Source: Candidatus Nitrosopumilus koreensis AR1 (GTDB lineage: Archaea > Thermoproteota > Nitrososphaeria > Nitrososphaerales > Nitrosopumilaceae). From it: a stretch of DNA of 32,000 nt. Under the pieces are notes generated by a model that was not told the origin of the DNA, did no database searches, and saw only the letters and a program-made list of their open reading frames with translations. Below, piece by piece: positions 8,070-17,043 of this stretch (the stretch's first letter is position 1; every line of letters starts with the position of its first letter). Where the stretch lies: NCBI RefSeq assembly GCF_000299365.1, contig NC_018655.1:1-32000 (forward strand), in the 5' to 3' direction. The position numbers and the translations under genes are program-made.

Positions 8070-11000
8070 ATGAATAAAAAATTTCACTCAATTGCGATCG
8101 TTTCGATATTACTTCTATCTCTGATGTCATTTGATTATTCATTTGCCATAAATTATGATTATGAAAATGATTTGACAAATAAACTTCCTCAAATATTGGA
8201 AGTAAATCTATCCGAACAAGTTGGAATTACCACAAATGATTTTCTAAATTCAATTGATAAAGAAAAATCAGAACACCACTCAATCCACTTAGTTGAAACT
8301 GTAGGTGTTATATCTCAAAACGAACTTCCATCAGAAATACATTTTGTGAAATCAATTGATGAAAAACAAACTATGATGGAAAGAATCTGGAATGCTGAAA
8401 AAATTAGATATACATCAAAACAAGTAAAAACATCATATTCTCAATTTCAAATTAACAATGAGTTAATTTATGTTAATAACGACCTAATCTTTGAACAACA
8501 AATACCTGATCACGGTTTTGACTTCTATGTTCTAGACAATGTTGATACTGCCATAATTCAATATGTAGGTGGTTTAAGTGATGAGGACACATCACTTTCA
8601 TTTTTATCTTTAGTGTTATTCCCAATTGCAGCTTTTTCTTTGTTCCAGATAGAAAATAGAGAGAATAGAATTACAAATACTAGAAAAATGTTTTCCGCAT
8701 TTTTTGTGGTTCTTCTTGTTTCAACTGTTGCTATCACACCATTATCCATATCTTCATCTTATTGGGGTATAGCTTATGCAGAAGAATTTTCTTTTGAAGG
8801 ACTAATTGATGATGTCAATAATACGATACCCTCTGATTCTACTTATATTGAAAATTCAACCGATGTTGAACCCATTCTAATTCAAGTTATCGAATCAAAC
8901 TCAACTTCTACACTCATCGAATCAAACTCAACTTCTACACTCATCGAATCAAACTCAACTTCTACACTCATCGAATCAAACTCAACTTCTACACTCATCG
9001 AATCAAACTCAACTTCTACACTCATCGAATCAAACTCAACTTCAACTGAACCTATTATCGAATCAAACTCAACTTCTACACTCATCGAATCAAACTCAAC
9101 TTCAACTGAACCTATTATCGAATCAAACTCAACTTCTACACTCATCGAATCAAACTCAACTTCAACTGAACCTATTATCGAATCAAACTCAACTTCTACA
9201 CTCATCGAATCAAACTCAACTTCAACTGAACCTATTATCGAATCAAACTCAACTTCTACACTCATCGAATCAAACTCAACTTCAACTGAACCAGAAATTA
9301 TTATCCCGGAAGCTACTGTTTCATTCCAATTTGATGAACCTATTATCGAATCAAACTCAACTAAATCCAAATCTACATTGGAACTGAATGGAAATGATAA
9401 TTTCATTCAGATTCAAAACGTTACAGTTACTGATGATGTTGATGGTATGACTGTAACTGCATGGATAAAACCTGATTATTCATCTGGTTCCCCTGAGTTT
9501 ACAGTACTAAGTAAAGAAAAATCCTTCTCATTTACTATTAATAATAAACAAAATGATCATTCTGCTTCATTTGCAGTATTTGATGGAATTAAATGGACAT
9601 CTGTTAAATCAACTACTCATATCACTGAAAACTGGAATTTTCTGTCATCTACATTTGATGGTGATAACATAGCGATATTTGTAAATGGAACAAGAGAAGG
9701 AACACAGGAAGTTGTAGGTATTCCTACACTTACAGAAAATGGAAAATTAACTACAACTACTGTTGAAAATATTCAATCCGAAGAAGACATTGTTATTGGT
9801 GCTACAATAAACACAAAGAACGAAATTCCGAAACCCAGCAACAAATTCTCAGGAGAGATAGATGATGTTTCGCTTTATGACTATGTTTTAGATGATGAAC
9901 AACTTTTTGCAATGTATGAGCAAACAAAAGAAATCTATGAAGAATTAGCAGCCATCTCTGAATTAAGCATTGAAGAAATTATTGCACAAATAGAAGCAGA
10001 ACAAGCAAATTCAGATATTTTATCAGAGAATCAAACTACAACAGAGCCTGAAAATGTTATCATTGCTAACCAAACATCATCTGATGTAGAATCTAAAGTA
10101 GTTGATTTGCCTGTATCTCCAAAATTATATCCAATAAAGAAGACATTTTCTATAAACGAAAATCCTAATCTGGAGTTTGAGTTTAACGACAAATGGGATG
10201 CTGAAGAACAAATTGTAACTGAAATCTTTGATGCAAACGGAAATCAAGTAACAGTTGATACTTCACTTGTAAAAATTAGAGATGGAAAATTCAAAATTGA
10301 TCTAGATTTTAATGAAAATCAAAAACCTGGTCTATACAAAATAAAGACTACTCTCTCAGTTGATGGAGAGATTCACGTTGTAGAGTCGGAGTTTGCATGG
10401 GGACTGGTTTCTCTTAACACAAAAAAGAGCATATACAAACCTGAAGAGACAGCCGAATTCATTATAGTTGTTCTTGATTCTGAAGGACACCCAATAGATA
10501 ATGCTGAATTGTCCATGTCCATAACCAGTCCAGCTAATGATGTCACTAACATTTCATCAGGAAACGGAATTTTTGCAGGAGATGAAGTTGGATTGTATGA
10601 TGCAGAATATGATACCACAGTTGAGGGAACATACAATATTACAATACATGCAACAACTGATGAAATTGACACAGATTTTGAAACCACATTTGATGTAGCA
10701 TCATCTTATAAGTTTGATATTATTAGAACTGCACAAAGTAAAATTGATCCTACTATAAATCTAAACGCATTTGATGTTATAATTGACATTGAATCATTTA
10801 CCAATAAAGATACCATTACAATTACAGAAACCATTCCTACAATACTTGATGTAGAAACCGACGCAAACGTAGTAACAATTGGAGACAGAAAGATTTTGAC
10901 TTGGACTAGGAATTTGATTGATAATAAAACAACAGTAGAATATACTTATTCTGTTCCATTTGTTTTTCCAAGTTTGTATGATCTGGGACCTGTTGAAATT

Positions 11001-14000
11001 AATGATGGTGATATAATATTCACTGAGGCAAGAGCATGGTATGTAGCAAATGATCCTTGGACTGGATGGCGAGTTCCTGGTGCTTCCAGTATTGCTAGTG
11101 GTACTGTGGGTAATTCTGGTACGGTTAGTGCTGTAACTGCAGTAGATTCAAGTTTTATGGGTGGCACTGGTGCATCGACATGGGATGCTACTGAGGCAGT
11201 TAATTTTTCTACTTTTGGTTTTACATCTCCAGGAAATATTCCTAGTGGTGCAACAATTAACAGCATTACTGTACAAGCTCATATGACAAGTTCAAAAACT
11301 GGTACTCTTGGTTACACAGTGACTCTTCTAGGTCCAAGTATTAGTGGCTCATGTTCACAGACTGATACTAACATTGTTACAACAAAAAATGTTTATGTAA
11401 ATGGCACAACAACTGGCGTTGTTAATCAAGGTAGCAATGGATGGGATTGTACTGGTATTGATATTGCTGATATAACAGACACTGCTTTTGGAGCCAGAAT
11501 TAGATTAGATAGTACTACAGCTACTGATATGGATCTTGATTATGTTGCAATACAAGTTGAATACGTAGTACCATTAACCAAATCACTCTCTGACTCAGTA
11601 ACTATCTCTGACTCAGTATCTGCTTCTATTGTCCAAATCAAATCACTCTCTGACTCAGTAACTATCTCTGACTCAGTAACAACTACTATATCACTGAGCA
11701 AATCATTCTCAGAATCTGTCTCAGTATCCGATCAACTCTCACTCTCACTCACAAAATCACTCTCTGACTCAGTAACTATCTCTGACTCAGTATCTGCTTT
11801 TATAGTTCAAACAAAATCACTTTCCGATTCTATATCGATATCAGACTCTATCTCATTGTCCCTCACAAAATCACTCTCTGACTCTGTAACCACTAATGAC
11901 ACCATATCTAATGCTGTTGATGGTCTTGCTGGTTCCACTGGAACTAGTGGAAATGCAAATCCTATATTATCAATAACCGCAGATGCCTCTGATACTATTC
12001 TTGTGGCATGGATTACTGATGAAGCAAATCTTGATACTACTGCAGTATCATCCAATCTAAACTCTACTGGTTGGCAATTTCTTGGTGGAACCACATCTGC
12101 TCCAAGATTAGAAGTATGGTATGTTCAAAACCCAGCAATTGGTTCTCACACAATTACATTTACCAAAGCAGGAGGAGATGCAGGATTTGGAGCTTTGCTC
12201 TTAACTAATACTGACATATTTACTGATCCTATTTTACTTGATACTACTATTGGTACTTCTGTAAGTCCTTCAAGTGGTGCATTTGATACTGCAACTGCAG
12301 GAACAGATAGCACTGTCTTAGGATTTGTAGGAGCTAACGAGGCAGATGATTTTACAGCTGATCAAGGAACTGATATTCTGGGAGTATCTGGAAGTGGTGG
12401 TAACAAAGTAAGAACTGAAGTATCATCTCAAGATAATGTAAATGCAGGTTCTGTAACAGTTACTTCGTGGACTCAAACTAATCAAGGTGGTCAAGATCCT
12501 GACTGGTCAGTTGTTGCAATGGAGATATTTGAAGCAGGTACTGATTACAATGAAAATCCTGCTGAATCAATATCAATATCAGACTCTCTTACACTCTACT
12601 CTGTATCAGTATTTGATTTAGTAATGACTTCTGTAGCTCAATCGCATTTACTCTTTGATGGTGTAGCCATTAACGATACAATACGTTTCTCTCTCCTAAA
12701 GTCACTCACTGACGCCGTATCAGTATCAGACCGCATATCTCTGACACTTGCAAAATCACTCTCTGACTCTATAATCATTACAGATACTGTAGATACTGAA
12801 AAATTGATTAACATAGTTTCATCTAAAGTGATTTCAGATACTACAATTGATTTGACATTCTCAGCAAATATTGATTCTGCTACCGTCTCTACATCTGACT
12901 TTACAATTAGCGGATTTACTGTAACTGGAGTATCTGTTGTTAATAGTATAGTTACACTAACTATTTCACCTGCATTATCTGCCAGTGCTACTCCAACAGT
13001 CCAGTTAACAGGATCTGTATCTGATGTTTCAGGAAATGTTTCAGTAAATAATCAAAATATAGTGTCTAGTGCTGATACTGCCGCAGCTGCACCAAAAATT
13101 ACCATACTTTCTACAAACGGTACTTCAATAACAGTATCTGGTACATCCGAATCAAATTCATCAATTGAAATATTTGCAGGTATTACTTCTATTGGAAATT
13201 CTACTGCAAACAGTGATGGAAACTGGAGTAAAACAACAACTATTCTTGGTAATGGTACTTACTCAATTACTGCTAAACAAACAGACACTTCAAATAACAT
13301 ATCTGTGGCATCAACTGCCACTTCTGTTACACTTGACTCTACCAATCCAACTAAATTACTAAAGACAACATCTTCTACCACTAGAGTTCAAGTAGACAGT
13401 AATAATTCACAAGTCATTATGACTACTAATTCCAGCGTTAATACAATAGTTATGGATGATGATGTAGATGAGTCTGTCATATTAGATTATTCTAGTGATG
13501 CTTCTGGTGGCAAGGTTCCTGCAATATCTACAGGGTTTGATGTACAATTCAAAACTTCTCCGCTAAACAGTACTTCAAAAATATCTAGCAAAGTCACGTT
13601 TGCATCTGGCACGTCTTTTACTGGATCTTCTGGATGGGATGGAAAATTAAAACTCCCTACAAAAACTACTGTCTCTGTTCCAACTGTGACATCTAATGGA
13701 GTTACAAAGACATTCACTAACACAATTGTCTTTGAAATAGGTGACAGCTCCACTTCTATTAGTTTAGACAAGCCTGCAAGAATTGAATTGACTGGACTTG
13801 CTAATGATAGCTATGAAGCATTCTTTGTGTCTCCTGGTAATACTTTGAAATTCATTGATAAACAATGTACTGCTGATTCTGCTGATGGATTGGGTTCAAA
13901 CAATGAATGTACACTTGAAGTAGGTAATGATGTCGTCATTTGGACTAATCACTTTACACAGTTTGGTGCATCTAAGGCTACATCCACCAGTTCCAGTTCC

Positions 14001-15554
14001 AGTTCCAGTTCCAGTTCCAGTGGTGGTGGTAATACAGGTGTGGGACCAATTGGTAAGGGCTCTGGCCGTGGAGGATTTGCAGGAATCTTGGGAACTCCAC
14101 TTACAATTAATGAAGTATCATATGACAAGTGTGAAGAAAACATTGCACACATCCTAGTTTCTAGCGATGCTCAAAATCCACCAAAAGTCATAGTTCATAC
14201 AACAAAGACTGGAACAGTAACTGCCACACTATCTGATGATCAACCCTATGAAGAACTAAACAAGATCACTAGAGTTGACAAATACCTATATGAAATTCCA
14301 ATTTCCTCAAGTGAGATATTCTTGATGGTAACTGTAACTGAAGAAAAAGGAACAATCCAAAATACTGTAAATGCTGCAATCCATCTCACATCCTGTGACG
14401 GAGTTGTTGTGATTTCAGATATTACTGAAGACAAGGCAACTGAGATATCACTTGATGCACCTAGAATATTTGATGTGAAATTCCAAATTGAGAATGGAAC
14501 AAAACACATAGCAGATGTTGATTCCGAGTACTTTTATGTATCAGACCAAGATCTTACAATCTCGGCAATTATTGATAGCAAGACTGCTATAAAGAGAGTT
14601 GAACTTAGAACAGTCACGCTAGGACAATCTGATGATGAGTATGTTGCAATGAAGATGGATGTAGAACCAATAATCTATACTGATTCAGCTTATCAAGTTA
14701 CAACAAACATGCCTTCATTCCTAATGCAAGGTCCTGCAATTGAATACTGGATACATGTCACTGATGATGGACTACGTGAAGTTGAATCAAGACATTATAC
14801 AATGGGTGTTGAGCCAATAACAGTTCCAGACGTATCTCTGGAATTAGATGTGCCATCCATTAGTGCAAGTAACTCCATAGTAAGACCTAACTTGTATGTG
14901 GAAAATGATCATGCGCCAACATATGGTATTGCATCTCTACTAGTTGATGGTAAGGTCGTTTCAAAACAAGCTCGATTCTTTGAAAATGGCCAAACCAAAG
15001 TATCATTTGATTGGAAGACTTCATTCCATGAAGGTTTATCCTCATATGAGATTCAAGGCAAAGTAGACCTGTATGGAACCTCCAAAGTTACTGATTCAGC
15101 AGTGCTTTACAACTATCCAAAGACTGTTTCAATGTCTGCCTATGATATGAAAGCTATACAACCAATTGAGGTTGATGGAAATGTCTTGTCTGAACCAGTA
15201 TTGATTTATGCATCAGATACTCAAGACGAATTCAGATTCAATGTAATTGCACCAAACGGTCAGTGTATTATTGGTTCATCTGATGAATGTTCAGTTCAAG
15301 ATAATACTAGAGGAAATAGAGGAGGATTGCAAAGTGTAGAATATGAAGGACAAATCCTACGTGTAAAGTATAGTGGTTCTGAAAATGTACTAGAAAGATT
15401 CTCTATTACATCAATTGATCCTATTGTGGGTGATTGGATAGTCACTTTGGAGACTGAAGAAGGGCTGATCCCACAAGCACAAGCAATCAAAGACTTGACT
15501 GTCAAAGTAAAACAAAAGATAAACTCTGAAATGATTACAGTCTACTCTGATTAG
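8070..15554 (+). CDS. Giant multidomain secreted/surface protein (repeat stalks, LamG-like domain, Ig-like domains)
   Basis: Uninterrupted 2494-codon ORF with N-terminal signal peptide MNKKFHSIAIVSILLLSLMSFDYSFA; IESNSTSTL repeats; LamG-like segment (VDGMTVTAWIKPDY ... NWNFLSSTFDGDNIAIFVNG ... FSGEIDDVSLYDYVLDDEQ); KSLSDSVTISDSV repeats; Ig-like segments and a poly-Ser/Gly linker. Confidence 0.85.
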   Translation: MNKKFHSIAIVSILLLSLMSFDYSFAINYDYENDLTNKLPQILEVNLSEQVGITTNDFLNSIDKEKSEHHSIHLVETVGVISQNELPSEIHFVKSIDEKQTMMERIWNAEKIRYTSKQVKTSYSQFQINNELIYVNNDLIFEQQIPDHGFDFYVLDNVDTAIIQYVGGLSDEDTSLSFLSLVLFPIAAFSLFQIENRENRITNTRKMFSAFFVVLLVSTVAITPLSISSSYWGIAYAEEFSFEGLIDDVNNTIPSDSTYIENSTDVEPILIQVIESNSTSTLIESNSTSTLIESNSTSTLIESNSTSTLIESNSTSTLIESNSTSTEPIIESNSTSTLIESNSTSTEPIIESNSTSTLIESNSTSTEPIIESNSTSTLIESNSTSTEPIIESNSTSTLIESNSTSTEPEIIIPEATVSFQFDEPIIESNSTKSKSTLELNGNDNFIQIQNVTVTDDVDGMTVTAWIKPDYSSGSPEFTVLSKEKSFSFTINNKQNDHSASFAVFDGIKWTSVKSTTHITENWNFLSSTFDGDNIAIFVNGTREGTQEVVGIPTLTENGKLTTTTVENIQSEEDIVIGATINTKNEIPKPSNKFSGEIDDVSLYDYVLDDEQLFAMYEQTKEIYEELAAISELSIEEIIAQIEAEQANSDILSENQTTTEPENVIIANQTSSDVESKVVDLPVSPKLYPIKKTFSINENPNLEFEFNDKWDAEEQIVTEIFDANGNQVTVDTSLVKIRDGKFKIDLDFNENQKPGLYKIKTTLSVDGEIHVVESEFAWGLVSLNTKKSIYKPEETAEFIIVVLDSEGHPIDNAELSMSITSPANDVTNISSGNGIFAGDEVGLYDAEYDTTVEGTYNITIHATTDEIDTDFETTFDVASSYKFDIIRTAQSKIDPTINLNAFDVIIDIESFTNKDTITITETIPTILDVETDANVVTIGDRKILTWTRNLIDNKTTVEYTYSVPFVFPSLYDLGPVEINDGDIIFTEARAWYVANDPWTGWRVPGASSIASGTVGNSGTVSAVTAVDSSFMGGTGASTWDATEAVNFSTFGFTSPGNIPSGATINSITVQAHMTSSKTGTLGYTVTLLGPSISGSCSQTDTNIVTTKNVYVNGTTTGVVNQGSNGWDCTGIDIADITDTAFGARIRLDSTTATDMDLDYVAIQVEYVVPLTKSLSDSVTISDSVSASIVQIKSLSDSVTISDSVTTTISLSKSFSESVSVSDQLSLSLTKSLSDSVTISDSVSAFIVQTKSLSDSISISDSISLSLTKSLSDSVTTNDTISNAVDGLAGSTGTSGNANPILSITADASDTILVAWITDEANLDTTAVSSNLNSTGWQFLGGTTSAPRLEVWYVQNPAIGSHTITFTKAGGDAGFGALLLTNTDIFTDPILLDTTIGTSVSPSSGAFDTATAGTDSTVLGFVGANEADDFTADQGTDILGVSGSGGNKVRTEVSSQDNVNAGSVTVTSWTQTNQGGQDPDWSVVAMEIFEAGTDYNENPAESISISDSLTLYSVSVFDLVMTSVAQSHLLFDGVAINDTIRFSLLKSLTDAVSVSDRISLTLAKSLSDSIIITDTVDTEKLINIVSSKVISDTTIDLTFSANIDSATVSTSDFTISGFTVTGVSVVNSIVTLTISPALSASATPTVQLTGSVSDVSGNVSVNNQNIVSSADTAAAAPKITILSTNGTSITVSGTSESNSSIEIFAGITSIGNSTANSDGNWSKTTTILGNGTYSITAKQTDTSNNISVASTATSVTLDSTNPTKLLKTTSSTTRVQVDSNNSQVIMTTNSSVNTIVMDDDVDESVILDYSSDASGGKVPAISTGFDVQFKTSPLNSTSKISSKVTFASGTSFTGSSGWDGKLKLPTKTTVSVPTVTSNGVTKTFTNTIVFEIGDSSTSISLDKPARIELTGLANDSYEAFFVSPGNTLKFIDKQCTADSADGLGSNNECTLEVGNDVVIWTNHFTQFGASKATSTSSSSSSSSSSSGGGNTGVGPIGKGSGRGGFAGILGTPLTINEVSYDKCEENIAHILVSSDAQNPPKVIVHTTKTGTVTATLSDDQPYEELNKITRVDKYLYEIPISSSEIFLMVTVTEEKGTIQNTVNAAIHLTSCDGVVVISDITEDKATEISLDAPRIFDVKFQIENGTKHIADVDSEYFYVSDQDLTISAIIDSKTAIKRVELRTVTLGQSDDEYVAMKMDVEPIIYTDSAYQVTTNMPSFLMQGPAIEYWIHVTDDGLREVESRHYTMGVEPITVPDVSLELDVPSISASNSIVRPNLYVENDHAPTYGIASLLVDGKVVSKQARFFENGQTKVSFDWKTSFHEGLSSYEIQGKVDLYGTSKVTDSAVLYNYPKTVSMSAYDMKAIQPIEVDGNVLSEPVLIYASDTQDEFRFNVIAPNGQCIIGSSDECSVQDNTRGNRGGLQSVEYEGQILRVKYSGSENVLERFSITSIDPIVGDWIVTLETEEGLIPQAQAIKDLTVKVKQKINSEMITVYSD
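8889..9290 (+). repeat. In-frame tandem repeat array, 14 copies of a 27-nt core (IESNSTSTL / IESNSTSTE)
   Basis: Five copies of ATCGAATCAAACTCAACTTCTACACTC start at 8889, followed by one variant copy ending ..TTCAACTGAA at 9050. Four exact 60-nt units (CCTATT + core + variant core) then start at 9051, 9111, 9171 and 9231. A partial further copy lies at about 9334-9358. Confidence 0.97.
9370..9940 (+). other. LamG / concanavalin A-like lectin domain within the giant protein
   Basis: LELNGNDNFIQIQNVTVTDDVDGMTVTAWIKPDY... WNFLSSTFDGDNIAIFVNGTREG ... GATI... NKFSGEIDDVSLYDYVLDDEQL follows the usual LamG order. Confidence 0.75.
11575..11910 (+). repeat. Ser/Asp-rich ~60-nt-period repeats (KSLSDSVTISDSVSASI...), first block
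   Basis: AAATCACTCTCTGACTCAGTAACTATCTCTGACTCAGTA recurs at about 60-nt spacing; the protein shows repeated KSLSDSVTISDSVS / KSFSESVSVSDQLSLSL / KSLSDSISISDSISLSL. Confidence 0.9.
12570..12815 (+). repeat. Ser/Asp-rich ~20-aa repeats, second more diverged block
   Basis: ESISISDSLTLYSVSVFD, VAINDTIRFSLLKSLTDAVSVSDRISLTLAKSLSDSIIITDTVDTE, in the same register as the first block but about 650 nt downstream. Confidence 0.75.
13991..14020 (+). repeat. Hexanucleotide microsatellite (TTCCAG)x5 encoding a poly-Ser linker
   Basis: Five uninterrupted TTCCAG units; protein reads SSSSSSSSSSGGG. Confidence 0.9.
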
Positions 15555-15555
15555 T

Positions 15556-17013
15556 CTAGGGGAATGCTACTGATTCTAAAAGAATTGAATCAATCTCAGA
15601 AATTTTTATTCTAGTCTGCTCCATAGAGTCTCTTTTTCTTAGAGTAACTGTATCGTCTTCTAATGTCTGATGATCAACTGTAACTGCAAAGGGGACCCCA
15701 ATCTCATCTAATCTTCTATACCTCCTACCAATTGCACCTGAATGATCCAAAAATGCATCAAACTTTCTTTTAATGGAAAGATAAATCTCATCTGTTTTTT
15801 CCTTCAAACCGTCTTTTTTGACTAGTGACAAGATTCCTACATGTGTTGGTGAAAGATATGGTTTTAGTGATAATACTGTTCTTTCATGTTCTTTGTCATC
15901 TTTTAGTGAATGCTCTAAAATTGTGTAAAGACTTCTGTCAATTCCCATCGAGATCTCAAATACGTGTGGTAGAACCTTGTTATCATTATCCATGATCTCA
16001 AATTTTTCTTTACTCTTGGTTGCATGACTAGACAAATCATAATCTGATCTATAATTGCATGCAACTAGTTCCAACCATCCAATTGTAGTTTCAACTTCAA
16101 AATCAAATGCAACTTCAGCATAGAATGCTTTTTCCTTGTCTCCTAATTTTCTAAATCTACTCTTTGAGATATCTATTCCAGTTTTTTCATAAAATTCAGT
16201 CAAAATACCCAAATAATATGCCACAAACTTGTTTGGAACAGTTCCGGATTCTACTGCTTCTTTACAGCTCATTGAAACTGGCTCAGAATCTGTCTGAACT
16301 CTGATTATTGTATCTTGAATCTCTGCAAACTTTTCAACTTCGTCAAGCTTGGCAGGATTGCAAAATACTTCAATTTCTGCCTGATAAAACTCTCTTAAGC
16401 GCAGTAGACTTTGTCTTGGTGCTATCTCATTTCTAAAACTCTTTCCTACTTGTGCTATTCCCAAAGGTAGCTTGCCTCTCATGGTTTTGTATAATCTAGG
16501 AAAATCTACAAAGATTGATTGGCATGTTTCTGGTCTAAGATATGCCTCTTCTTCTTCAGGACCAATTCCTACTCTGAACATCATGTTGAAATTCTTTGTT
16601 TTATCAAAATCGCCTTTACATTTTGGACACTTTATGTTGTTTTGATTAATTACATTGTCAAATTCTTCCAAATCAGCACTTTCAGGAATCTCAATATTTG
16701 TCAACTCTGCAATAGTTCTATCAGCTCTAAATGTTGAATTACATTTTGTACATTTTATTATTGGATCAGCAAAATTTCCCAAATGACCTGAAGCCTCAAA
16801 AACTGATTTTGACATTATCTGAGAACCGTCAATCTCAAGCATTCCGTCTCTTCTGACAAGCTCCCTTCTCCACAACTCTAGAAACTTATTTTTCAAACCG
16901 ACGCCTGTTGGACCGTATTCCCAAAAACCAGCTTGTGCATCAGAATATATCTCACAACTGGGAAAATAAAATCCGCGTTCAAGCGCTAATTTCATTACTG
17001 CTTCATAGTCCAT
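15556..17013 (-). CDS. glyS: Glycyl-tRNA synthetase
   Basis: RGFYFPSCEIYSDAQAGFWEYGPTGVGLKNKF, YLRPETCQSIFVDFPRLY, IGKSFRNEIAPR-like segment (VGKSFRNEIAPRQSLLRLREFYQAEIE), class II aaRS motifs and the archaeal/eukaryotic type zinc motif. Confidence 0.95.
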   Translation of the reverse strand: MDYEAVMKLALERGFYFPSCEIYSDAQAGFWEYGPTGVGLKNKFLELWRRELVRRDGMLEIDGSQIMSKSVFEASGHLGNFADPIIKCTKCNSTFRADRTIAELTNIEIPESADLEEFDNVINQNNIKCPKCKGDFDKTKNFNMMFRVGIGPEEEEAYLRPETCQSIFVDFPRLYKTMRGKLPLGIAQVGKSFRNEIAPRQSLLRLREFYQAEIEVFCNPAKLDEVEKFAEIQDTIIRVQTDSEPVSMSCKEAVESGTVPNKFVAYYLGILTEFYEKTGIDISKSRFRKLGDKEKAFYAEVAFDFEVETTIGWLELVACNYRSDYDLSSHATKSKEKFEIMDNDNKVLPHVFEISMGIDRSLYTILEHSLKDDKEHERTVLSLKPYLSPTHVGILSLVKKDGLKEKTDEIYLSIKRKFDAFLDHSGAIGRRYRRLDEIGVPFAVTVDHQTLEDDTVTLRKRDSMEQTRIKISEIDSILLESVAFP

Positions 17014-17043
17014 GTCTACTCACTAAAACCATTGAATAAATTT

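Noticed and set aside
8889-9290. Possible CRISPR array
   Set aside because: Units are contiguous 27/33-nt repeats without unique spacers, lie inside a long coding frame, and no cas genes are present.
8882-9406. 174-aa antisense ORF (VEFDSMSVEVEFDSIIGS repeats)
   Set aside because: A by-product of the in-frame tandem repeat on the plus strand: stop-free periodic DNA is open on the other strand. The coding context and signal peptide support the plus-strand gene.
11807-12094. Antisense ORF rich in ESDIDIES repeats
   Set aside because: Mirror of the Ser/Asp repeat region of the giant gene; low-complexity artefact.
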